A DNA stretch of 20,097 bases from Candidatus Hydrogenedentota bacterium. Lineage in GTDB: Bacteria > Hydrogenedentota > Hydrogenedentia > Hydrogenedentales > SLHB01. Under the pieces are notes generated by a model. That model did not search any database. It was not told the DNA's origin and saw only the letters and a list, made by a program, of their open reading frames with translations. Of the stretch, positions 7,673-15,542 are shown one piece after another. The number at the start of each line of letters is the position of its first letter. The first letter of the stretch is position 1. The stretch spans positions 1 through 20,097 of the forward strand of contig JAWXCN010000089.1 in assembly GCA_034408725.1 (NCBI GenBank). The letters run 5' to 3'. Position numbers and translations under genes: made by a program.

Positions 7673-9679
7673 TTATGGGCGACTTCGCGCGGTCCGCTCA
7701 ATGATGAGTATGGCGCAGACAAAAAATGCGAAGGCTATGGCCAATATCCAGATTGGGAAGCCCTGGTCCGCGCCGAGGGCGGGATCAGTGATCTTCAAAA
7801 TACTCGCGGGCATGTATTTCCTGTCGATCAACACCGAAGTCGCGTTTACGAGGACGTGGGCGATCATTCCGGGGAAGATTGAGCCTGTGCGCCATGCAAT
7901 ATAGGTGAGCAGGACGCCGCTGAGTGTTGTGAGACCCAGCTTGTGCACACTCATGTGCGCCGCGCCAAAGGCCAATCCAACGCAGAGGAACAAGGCCCAG
8001 GCAGGCAAAAGTTTTCGCAACCCGGACATGACGGCCCCACGGAACAGAAGCTCCTCGCAAATCGCGGGGGAGAACGCGAGCACGCCGATGAGCAGGAAAA
8101 TCGATGCCTCGTCGAGCCGCAGCATTTTCGTGATTTCTTCCGCGAGCGATTCGGGAAATGGAAACACGCGTTGCTGCAAGACACTCAGATGCAGATTGAT
8201 GATAGCCCAGCCAATTCCGAGAAGTACCGCGGCGATGACGAGCAGCGGCGTTGGCGGGCGCAGGCTGAACGCGGATCGCAGGTCGACGCGCACGTACCAG
8301 AGAATGAACACGGCGGGTGCGAGGAACAGAAACCATTGTGACAACGCAACGCCGGCGAGTCCGTAGGTGGTTTGGAGCCATGTGCCGACGTAGAAAAACA
8401 GCAGGAGGCACAGAACAAGAATGAAGACCGACGTTCCCGGCGTAGGAAGTGCGCGCGGCCGGTACATGGATCGACGCAGGGTCACCGGCAACCCGTTCTC
8501 GACTGAAAGGACCACTTCTTCGCGCTGGAACACGCGTGCCGCGAACGCCAAAGCAAGCAGTGCGTATAAGGTCGTGCTGATGAGTACAGCGGCAATGGAA
8601 GCGGTGGAAATATGTTCGGTCATGAGATCCTTGAAGAGCAGGGAGAAATTAGCAATGGGCAGAAACTGCGTGGCGGTGGTCAGGCTTGTGCCCGGTATTG
8701 CCGCGAGCGCGGCGGGAAAAATCATGAGAATAAGCACGGGGGTCAACAGCGTTTGCGCTTCGCGGAAACTGCGCGCCAAGACCGCGATGGACATCATGAC
8801 GGCGGAAATAAGAAAGGCGAGCGGCACCAGCGCGGCAAAAATGAGCGCGACATTGCGAAGGGGAAAACTTATTTCGTATTCCGCCAGCTTGCCGCCCATC
8901 TGCGAGAGCTGAAACGCAAAGGTTGCCACCATGCTGCCGAGATTCGTAAGGCCGGTGATCATGGCGATGCAGAAGACGGTCAGAAATTTTCCCGCGAGAA
9001 TTTCAGTGCTGAGCGTGGGAGTCGAGAGGAGGGTTTCAAATGTCCCGCGCTCCTTTTCCCCCGCGGTGAGATCGATTGCGGGATAGAACGCGCCGACCCC
9101 GACCATCACGATCATAATCAACGGCAACATCATGCCGAGCATGGCGCCGGTAGCTTTGGCAGGCGGCGCGACATTTTTGGTTTCCACTTCGATGGGGTCT
9201 GCGAAAGTTTCAGGTAATCCGGCGCCATCAAGCCGCGCTTTTAGCAACTGTTCAAATTGTTTGTCCATTGCATCGACCACGCGCCGCGACGCTTCATATG
9301 ATGCGGGTTCTGCCGCGTCGTATTCGACGACGGCGTGGGCGGTCCTACCGCTTTCAACGTCATTGCGAAAATTATCCGGCAGAACGACAACCGCCTGTAT
9401 TTCGGCGGAAACCGGGCCGCGCGCGCCGGCGACTGACAACTGCGGATCCTCCGAGAACCAGCCGGAAACGAACACGGCGTCCTTGCCGACGACGGCGATG
9501 CGCGACGGGGTTGACTCTATTTTGTTCTGCTGCATCATGGCCGCTTGCGATCCGAATACAAACAGCGCGGGGTACAGGACCATCGGAACGCCGATCATGG
9601 CAGTCAACGTGCGCCGGTCACGGAGCATGTCCAGCGATTCCTTGCGAAAGATGGTGAGGATGGTGCGCGGACGAATCAC
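7673..9679 (-). CDS. NatB-like ABC-2 permease fused to a CPBP (CAAX/Abi) intramembrane metalloprotease domain
   Basis: N-terminal KESLDMLRDRRTL and AGEKERGTFETLLSTP (NatB-like); C-terminal EELLFRG, FGAAH, AHVLVN (CPBP motifs); GTG start overlaps the ATPase stop (GTGA). Confidence 0.88.
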   Translation of the reverse strand: MIRPRTILTIFRKESLDMLRDRRTLTAMIGVPMVLYPALFVFGSQAAMMQQNKIESTPSRIAVVGKDAVFVSGWFSEDPQLSVAGARGPVSAEIQAVVVLPDNFRNDVESGRTAHAVVEYDAAEPASYEASRRVVDAMDKQFEQLLKARLDGAGLPETFADPIEVETKNVAPPAKATGAMLGMMLPLIMIVMVGVGAFYPAIDLTAGEKERGTFETLLSTPTLSTEILAGKFLTVFCIAMITGLTNLGSMVATFAFQLSQMGGKLAEYEISFPLRNVALIFAALVPLAFLISAVMMSIAVLARSFREAQTLLTPVLILMIFPAALAAIPGTSLTTATQFLPIANFSLLFKDLMTEHISTASIAAVLISTTLYALLALAFAARVFQREEVVLSVENGLPVTLRRSMYRPRALPTPGTSVFILVLCLLLFFYVGTWLQTTYGLAGVALSQWFLFLAPAVFILWYVRVDLRSAFSLRPPTPLLVIAAVLLGIGWAIINLHLSVLQQRVFPFPESLAEEITKMLRLDEASIFLLIGVLAFSPAICEELLFRGAVMSGLRKLLPAWALFLCVGLAFGAAHMSVHKLGLTTLSGVLLTYIAWRTGSIFPGMIAHVLVNATSVLIDRKYMPASILKITDPALGADQGFPIWILAIAFAFFVCAILIIERTARSRP

Positions 9680-10452
9680 GCGGTGACGTGTCCGTGTACG
9701 AGTTGCAGAAAGGCGTCGTGCAGGTTTGATGCATCAGACTGGGCCAGTAATTCCCTTGTAGTGGCCACGGCGAGCATTTCACCGTCGTGAATGATGCCGA
9801 GGCGGTCACAGAGTAGCTCCGCGTCACCCATGTCGTGCGTAGAGAAAATGATGCTGTGATGACGGGTCTTCGCCGCGCGGATAAAGGACAGTATTGTGCT
9901 TCGCGACATGATGTCGAGGCCGAGCGTAGGTTCGTCGAGGATGAGGACGTCAGGATCGTGCAACAGCACGCGCGCGATGGATACCTTTTGCGTTTGTCCG
10001 GTTGAAAGTGTGTCGCATCGACGGTCGAGAAAATCGGTCATGTCCAGAGACTCGGCCATTTCGCCTGTGCGCAGGGCGATGGCGTCGTCCTTCATTTCAT
10101 ATAGGCGGCCGAAGTACCGGAGCATTTCACGGGGCGTGAGGCGGCCGTAGAGGCGCGTGTTGCCGGACATGAACCCGACGTGTTTTCGCGCTGCGTGGGG
10201 CGCTTCGTCCGCGGCGCTGCCGGCAATCCAGCAGCGACCCGATGTTGGCGTGATAATGGTTGCGAGCATGCGCAGCAGCGTTGTTTTACCGGCGCCGTTT
10301 GGTCCGAGCAATCCGAAGATTTCGCCCGCTTCGACGTGAAAGGACGCAGCCGCGACGGCGACGATGGGCGTGCCTCCCGGTCCCTGGAACTCTTTTCGAA
10401 GCGATTCCGCGCGAATAAGCGGGCCGCTTCGCCGTGTCTCAAAACTATCCAT
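9676..10452 (-). CDS. NatA-like ABC transporter ATP-binding protein
   Basis: Walker A GPNGAGKTT, signature LSTGQ, Walker B ILDEP, H-loop STH; start codon uncertain (ATG 10452 chosen). Confidence 0.9.
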   Translation of the reverse strand: MDSFETRRSGPLIRAESLRKEFQGPGGTPIVAVAAASFHVEAGEIFGLLGPNGAGKTTLLRMLATIITPTSGRCWIAGSAADEAPHAARKHVGFMSGNTRLYGRLTPREMLRYFGRLYEMKDDAIALRTGEMAESLDMTDFLDRRCDTLSTGQTQKVSIARVLLHDPDVLILDEPTLGLDIMSRSTILSFIRAAKTRHHSIIFSTHDMGDAELLCDRLGIIHDGEMLAVATTRELLAQSDASNLHDAFLQLVHGHVTA

Positions 10453-10510
10453 GATATGTGCTGTCAGTGCTCCGCGAGAAGCGTGGCATTCAATGTTGAG
10501 GAGTGTCAAG

Positions 10511-10821
10511 CGGGTATCGGAGAGCGGGTATCTGGTTTCGGGTATCGGGTTCCGCAGATTAGATTTGCTTCTTGGTCGTAATCTTAATCGTCCTCGTAAT
10601 CGTTATCGGAAGTTGGAGAAAGAAGGAAGCGAGGAAGTTGGGAAGAAATGAAGGGGGATATGATGACGAGTACGAGATCGAGATGCAGGGCCATGGCGGA
10701 TAATCTACGAGCAAGTGCAGACGGGAAACCGATCGATTACGAAGACGATTACTATTACGACCTTAGCGCATACATCCGCTAGACCGGTCTGCGAAACCCG
10801 ATACCCGAAACCCGATACCCG
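10511..10821. repeat. Nested inverted-repeat element built from short tandem repeats
   Basis: Outer arms 10525-10558 / 10788-10821 (32/34 identity; CGGGTAT/CGGGTTT 7-mers); inner arms 10574-10602 / 10734-10762 (26/29; TCGTAA-type 6-mers); purine-rich core. Confidence 0.9.
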
Positions 10822-10862
10822 TAGATGTGCTACAGTGACGTTGGCGAAAGGAGGTCCGCGCC

Positions 10863-11144
10863 ATGCCCTGTTTGATCATTATTTTCGCATTGATGGTGCC
10901 GAGACTTACGCTGGTTGTGATGTGGTTGCTTTCGTATACCGCGACTGCGTTTGATACGCGGTTGTGGCCGCTGCTGGGATTTATTTTCATGCCGTATACA
11001 ACGTGCGCGTACGCGATCGGAATGAACGCAAACGGCGGGTTCACGGGTTGGAGTTTAATTCTGTTGATCATCGCAATATTATTTGATCTCGGCAGTCATG
11101 GCGGGTCTTTCCAAACATCGCGGTCGCGCAGGCTTGTGGATTAG
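10863..11144 (+). CDS. Small hypothetical membrane protein
   Basis: Strong RBS AAGGAGG; 93 aa with about three hydrophobic segments and a basic tail. Confidence 0.8.
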   Translation: MPCLIIIFALMVPRLTLVVMWLLSYTATAFDTRLWPLLGFIFMPYTTCAYAIGMNANGGFTGWSLILLIIAILFDLGSHGGSFQTSRSRRLVD

Positions 11145-11167
11145 CAGAATCTGACCAGGGGAGCAAA

Positions 11168-11941
11168 GTGGGGAAAGCGGTAGCATTGGTCACGGGCGCG
11201 AGCCGTGGCATTGGAAGGGGGATAGCGACAGCGCTGGCATCGCATGGTTATGACATTGCGGGCGTGGCGACGAGTATGTCGTCAGGATTGCTGGACGTGC
11301 AGGCGGACGTTGAAGCACTTGGCCAACGATTTATACCGGTCGTCGCGGACATTTCCAGGTTGGACGAACATGCGCGCATTGTTGACGCGGTAGTCGAGGC
11401 AGCGGGCCGGATCGATGTGTTGGTGAACAATGCGGGCGTTGCGCCGAAGGTCCGGCTGGATATTCTCGATACGACGGAGGAGAGCTTTGACCGGCTGATC
11501 GATATCAACTTGCGTGGGCCATTCTTTCTCACGCAACGGGTTTCGGCGCAGATGATCGCGCAGGTGAAAGCGGGCGCGGATTGCGCGCCGAAGATTATTT
11601 TCATTACCAGCATCTCATCGAACGCGGCGAGTCCCAATCGCGCGGAATACTGCATCAGCAAGGCGGGGCTCAGTATGGCGGCGCAGACCTATGCGGTCCG
11701 CCTCGCAGAATTCGGCATCAACGTGTACGACATCCGGCCCGGCATCGTCGCAACGGACATGACCTCAGCGGTGAAACAGAAATACGACGATCTGATCGCC
11801 AAAGGACTGTTGCTAACCCCGCGATGGGGCACTCCGGAAGACGTGGGCAAAGCGGTTGTCGCGCTCGCCGAAGGATACTTTGACTACGCGACTGGCGCGG
11901 TCATAGAAGTAGGCGGCGGATTCGGCGTCGAGCGACTGTAG
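11168..11941 (+). CDS. Short-chain dehydrogenase/reductase (3-ketoacyl-ACP reductase-like)
   Basis: TGASRGIG, NNAG, catalytic YCISK, IRPG; GTG start after GGGGAG. Confidence 0.9.
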   Translation: MGKAVALVTGASRGIGRGIATALASHGYDIAGVATSMSSGLLDVQADVEALGQRFIPVVADISRLDEHARIVDAVVEAAGRIDVLVNNAGVAPKVRLDILDTTEESFDRLIDINLRGPFFLTQRVSAQMIAQVKAGADCAPKIIFITSISSNAASPNRAEYCISKAGLSMAAQTYAVRLAEFGINVYDIRPGIVATDMTSAVKQKYDDLIAKGLLLTPRWGTPEDVGKAVVALAEGYFDYATGAVIEVGGGFGVERL

Positions 11942-11962
11942 AGCCCGGCATCCATGCCGAGC
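11938..11962 (+). repeat. GTAG-headed REP-like palindrome overlapping the SDR stop codon
   Basis: GTAGAGCCCGGCATCCATGCCGAGC: GTAG followed by an imperfect palindrome GC-C-CGGCAT/ATGCCG-A-GC; one copy in the window. Confidence 0.45.
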
Positions 11963-12026
11963 GTATGGATGCACATTCTTCCACTCGCCGGAAAGTTTTG
12001 CAGGATTTTCCATCGTCCGCGCCTTT

Positions 12027-12066
12027 CTCGTGCTCGAGCTCGTACTCGTAATCGTACTCGTACTCG
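12027..12066. repeat. Hexamer tandem repeat (CTCGTA)n-like
   Basis: CTCGTG CTCGAG CTCGTA CTCGTA ATCGTA CTCGTA CTCG. Confidence 0.85.
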
Positions 12067-12101
12067 GTATTTCGAGCATTAAACCGGAATTTCTCTTCCA
12101 T

Positions 12102-12117
12102 TGGCACAGCTATTGCT
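12102..12117 (+). promoter_or_regulatory. sigma54 (RpoN) -24/-12 promoter of the flgF operon
   Basis: TGGCAC-AGCTA-TTGCT is an exact match to TGGCAC-N5-TTGCW, upstream of rod/ring genes; predicted +1 near 12128. Confidence 0.82.
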
Positions 12118-12298
12118 CTCCCATTTCCGGGTCTGTCCCATAGCAGGCCCAACGTGAGTGGTTGGCCCGGCATCGGTTGCGCTCTCCCTTAAGCGCCGCC
12201 GATCATCCCTGAAACGCTGCCGGGCCTCCAATTAAAAACGCCTTCGGGCGACGCAATAGTGTGGGGGCCAGACCTCCAACAATGGGAAGCCGGAGAAC

Positions 12299-13051
12299 AT
12301 GATTCACGGACTGTACGCCGCAGCGTCGGGCATGATCGCGATCGAGGATCGCCAGGCGGTCATTGCCAACAACATCGCGAACAGCGCAACCGCGGGTTTC
12401 AAGCGGCAGAACGCCGTGAATGAGGGCTTCAAGCAAATTTTCCTCGGCGCAATGGGCACGGCCGAGCGCCTCAATTTCGAGCGCGGCCCCGGCGGCGGCC
12501 TCAAAACCACCAATGTTTATACCGACTACGCGAGTGGTGGCATTAACTCGACGGGCGATCCGATGCACCTCGCATTGCAGGGCCCCGGCTATTTTGTGGT
12601 TGACACGCCGGCGGGCGAACGTTTTACGCGAAACGGCGCTTTGACCATCAATGCGAATGGACAGCTCACCACTGTCGAAGGTTACCCGATTGCCGGAGAA
12701 GGCGGACCTGTGGTTGTTGAAGGTGGAAGCGTCGAGTTTGGCGGAGATGGCACGGTGATGGTGAACAATGCCGCCGTGGGGAAATTGCGCGTCGTTGAGT
12801 TTGATGATCCGGCGCTGCTGGAACGATACGGAGAGAGCCTCTTTGCGCCGGTTGAGAAGGCCGGCGGGGCGCGACCCTCTGAACTGACGTCGGTGGTGCC
12901 GGGCGCGCTCGAAAGCTCGAATGTGCAAGTGCCGTATGAAATGGCGCAAATGATGCTCGGCCTGCGCATGTACAACGCCAACCAGAAAGTAATTACGTCC
13001 GTGGACGAAACGATGGGCCGGTTGATCAACGAAGTCGGCATGCCGACGTAA
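12299..13051 (+). CDS. flgF: Flagellar basal-body rod protein FlgF
   Basis: ANNIAN..TAGFK N-terminus, TRNG, LESSNV C-terminus; precedes flgG; RBS GGAGA. Confidence 0.87.
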   Translation: MIHGLYAAASGMIAIEDRQAVIANNIANSATAGFKRQNAVNEGFKQIFLGAMGTAERLNFERGPGGGLKTTNVYTDYASGGINSTGDPMHLALQGPGYFVVDTPAGERFTRNGALTINANGQLTTVEGYPIAGEGGPVVVEGGSVEFGGDGTVMVNNAAVGKLRVVEFDDPALLERYGESLFAPVEKAGGARPSELTSVVPGALESSNVQVPYEMAQMMLGLRMYNANQKVITSVDETMGRLINEVGMPT

Positions 13052-13069
13052 TGAGGATGTGAGCCCGAC

Positions 13070-13861
13070 ATGATTCGCGCACTATTCACCGCCGCGACGG
13101 GGATGATTGGCCAGCAGACCAACATCGACACCATCGCGCACAACCTTGCCAACGTCAATACGACGGGATTCAAAAAGAGCAAGGTCAATTTCCAGGACCT
13201 GCTGTATGAAACGGTCAAGCCCGCTGGAACGGAATCGGCGAACGGCGATATCGTGCCGGAAGGAATTCAGATCGGGCATGGCGTGAAGCCGGCGTCGGTC
13301 GCGAAATTATTCACGCAAGGCAATCTCATTCAGACAGGCAACCCGTTGGACCTCGCGATTGAGGGGCAGGGATTTTTTCAGATTCAACTTCCGGACGGAT
13401 CGATTGGATACACGCGCGACGGAAGCTTTAGAAAGAACTCGGAAGGGGCTTTGGTCACGATAGACGGTTTTCCGCTGACGGACGGCATATCGATCCCGCA
13501 AGACGCAGTCGAGGTGACGGTCGGCAACGACGGCACTGTTTTTGCCACCACGCCCGGATCGAGCACGCCAACAAATGCGGGGCAATTTCAGTTGGTGCGA
13601 TTTGTAAACAATGCGGGCCTGGATGCGCGAATCGGTCACAACATACTGCTGGAAACGGGGGCATCCGGAACGCCGACGCCGGGAAGTCCGGGCGAAGAAG
13701 GCATCGGTTTTTTGAGTTCTGGCTTTCTGGAAAATTCGAACGTGCAGGTCGTCGAGGAAATCCTGAACCTGATCATTGCGCAGCGCGCGTATGAAGCGAG
13801 TTCGAAGGTCATTCAGACTTCCGACGAAATGCTGCAGGTTGCAAACAATGTCCGGCGGTAA
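13070..13861 (+). CDS. flgG: Flagellar distal rod protein FlgG
   Basis: MIRALFTAATGM, AHNLANVNTTGFKK, FQDLLY, YTRDGSF, LENSNV, AQRAYE. Confidence 0.95.
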   Translation: MIRALFTAATGMIGQQTNIDTIAHNLANVNTTGFKKSKVNFQDLLYETVKPAGTESANGDIVPEGIQIGHGVKPASVAKLFTQGNLIQTGNPLDLAIEGQGFFQIQLPDGSIGYTRDGSFRKNSEGALVTIDGFPLTDGISIPQDAVEVTVGNDGTVFATTPGSSTPTNAGQFQLVRFVNNAGLDARIGHNILLETGASGTPTPGSPGEEGIGFLSSGFLENSNVQVVEEILNLIIAQRAYEASSKVIQTSDEMLQVANNVRR

Positions 13862-13882
13862 TAGCGCGGGCGGGGGAATAGC

Positions 13883-14848
13883 ATGAGCATGGCGGCCCGG
13901 CATGCGGCCCGATGGCTCGCGTTCACGGCGCTCACCGCGGCTTTTATCGCGGTGGCGGCCTCCGCGGATTCCAACACCGTCATGCTCAAGACCGAGGCCT
14001 ATGTCAAAGGACCGATGGTGTATTTGGGCGATATCGCGGACATTAGCGGGATCAACGCCGACCAACTCGCAAGTATCGAAGTGAGCAGCGCGGCTGCGCC
14101 GGGAGCATCGAAACGGATTGATTCGGCCCTGCTGAAAATGCGATTGAACGGTTCCGGTATGGACGCGGTAGAGATAACTGGCCCTCCGAGCGTTCTTACA
14201 AAAACGATGTCGCTTGATGTGTCGAAGGAAGTGTTGACGGACGATCTGCGGACATTCATTCAGACCCAATTGCCCTGGCAAAACGCAGAAACGACTATCG
14301 ATATCGTGGACGAACCGGACGCGGTCGTGGTGCCTGACGGGAACGTGGCGGTGCGGTGGATGCCAAGCCCGACGTACCGGTGGATCGGACAGGGGTCGTT
14401 TCGTGGCGAGATCGAAGTGGATGGGCAGGTCAAGCGCACGGTTTTCGCAAAAGCGAACGTCGAGGCGTATGCCGAAGTGTTGGTATGCGCGCGTGATATT
14501 CCACGCGGCAAAACTATAGCAGGGACCGATCTCCGCTTCGAGAAACGCGCAATGTCTACGCAGAAGGGCGAGCCCATTCAAGGACTGGACGAAGTCGCCG
14601 GCATGGTTGCGCGCGACACGATGCTCATGGGAGAAGCGGTGTCGCACCGATCCCTTGTGCCGAAACAGCTTATTAAACGGAACCAGACGGTATCCGTTGA
14701 GACCCGCGCGGGAAAACTAGTGGTGCGATCGCGCGCGCGCGCACTGGACAACGGCGCGGCGGGGGACGTGGTCCGCCTGACGAACCCCGAAACCAAAGCG
14801 GAGTTCCAAGGCGTTGTCCGCGAGGACGGCGTAGTGGTGGTGGGATAG
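13883..14848 (+). CDS. flgA: Flagellar P-ring formation chaperone FlgA
   Basis: Signal peptide; long N-terminal region (LGDIA); SAF domain (ARDIPRG) and C-terminal ALDNG..GDVVRLTN; lies between flgG and flgH. Confidence 0.87.
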   Translation: MSMAARHAARWLAFTALTAAFIAVAASADSNTVMLKTEAYVKGPMVYLGDIADISGINADQLASIEVSSAAAPGASKRIDSALLKMRLNGSGMDAVEITGPPSVLTKTMSLDVSKEVLTDDLRTFIQTQLPWQNAETTIDIVDEPDAVVVPDGNVAVRWMPSPTYRWIGQGSFRGEIEVDGQVKRTVFAKANVEAYAEVLVCARDIPRGKTIAGTDLRFEKRAMSTQKGEPIQGLDEVAGMVARDTMLMGEAVSHRSLVPKQLIKRNQTVSVETRAGKLVVRSRARALDNGAAGDVVRLTNPETKAEFQGVVREDGVVVVG

Positions 14849-14874
14849 GTTTCATGACTGTACGGAGTAGTTTC

Positions 14875-15528
14875 ATGCGCATGCTATCGCTATTCGTGGC
14901 GCTCGTGATCGGCCAGGCAACCTTCGCAGACTCATTGTTTTCGCAGGAAGTGGCCGAGCAAGGCACGTTTGTTTCCCTGAAGAAGAAAAAATATTTGCCC
15001 GGCGACATCATCACGGTGCTGGTCCGCGAAAAGATCGAGGCTTCGACAAATGCCAATACCAATACGAAGAAAGAAGCGGGTGTGGAATCCGAGGCGGACG
15101 AGTCTGAGAACGCTTTCCTGGTGACGCCGGAATCGGACGGCAGCGATCCCGATCATCCCGACGGTCTCGGCCTGATTACGGCGGGAAAATTGCCGAACTG
15201 GAGCTTAGGCGCCAAGAACGAGCATCGGACGACCGGCGCGACACAGCGTAAGAATTCATTGGTCACCACAATTACGTGCAGGGTGGTGCAGGTGACACAA
15301 AACGGTTTGATTCATCTGGAAGGCGAGAAGAATGTTTCCGTGAACCGGGAAGATTCACGCATCTATGTGAAGGGCGTTGCCCGCGCGCGCGATGTGTCGC
15401 CGACAAATACGATTGATTCCGCGCAACTCGCGGATGCAATCATCGAACTCAAAGGGCGCGGCCCGCTCTGGAACAATCAGCGCCGGGGACTTGTGACGCG
15501 GTTGCTGGATTGGGTGTCGCCGTATTGA
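14875..15528 (+). CDS. flgH: Flagellar L-ring protein FlgH
   Basis: DSLF, GDIITVLVRE, NGLIHLEGEK..VNRE, GVARARD...N.IDS..LADA, W...RRG....LLD.VSPY; start at 14875 (GGAG RBS) or 14854. Confidence 0.9.
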   Translation: MRMLSLFVALVIGQATFADSLFSQEVAEQGTFVSLKKKKYLPGDIITVLVREKIEASTNANTNTKKEAGVESEADESENAFLVTPESDGSDPDHPDGLGLITAGKLPNWSLGAKNEHRTTGATQRKNSLVTTITCRVVQVTQNGLIHLEGEKNVSVNREDSRIYVKGVARARDVSPTNTIDSAQLADAIIELKGRGPLWNNQRRGLVTRLLDWVSPY

Positions 15529-15542
15529 TGCGGATAAGGGGC

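Noticed and set aside
10511-10821. Possible CRISPR array or IS element
   Set aside because: Repeats are 6-8-mers in inverted arms rather than 25-45-bp direct repeats with spacers; no cas or transposase gene; no clear target-site duplication.
11901-12173. ORFs encoding EYEYDYEYELEHE or STSTITSTSSST tracts
   Set aside because: These are translations of the hexamer array and overlap the sigma54 promoter; no independent evidence of coding.
12162-12180. Second sigma54-like site TTGGCCCGGCATCGGTTGC
   Set aside because: GG-to-GC spacing is 13 or 8 nt rather than the required 10.
13307-14647. 446-aa minus-strand ORF
   Set aside because: Antisense to flgG and flgA; Arg/His-rich shadow translation.
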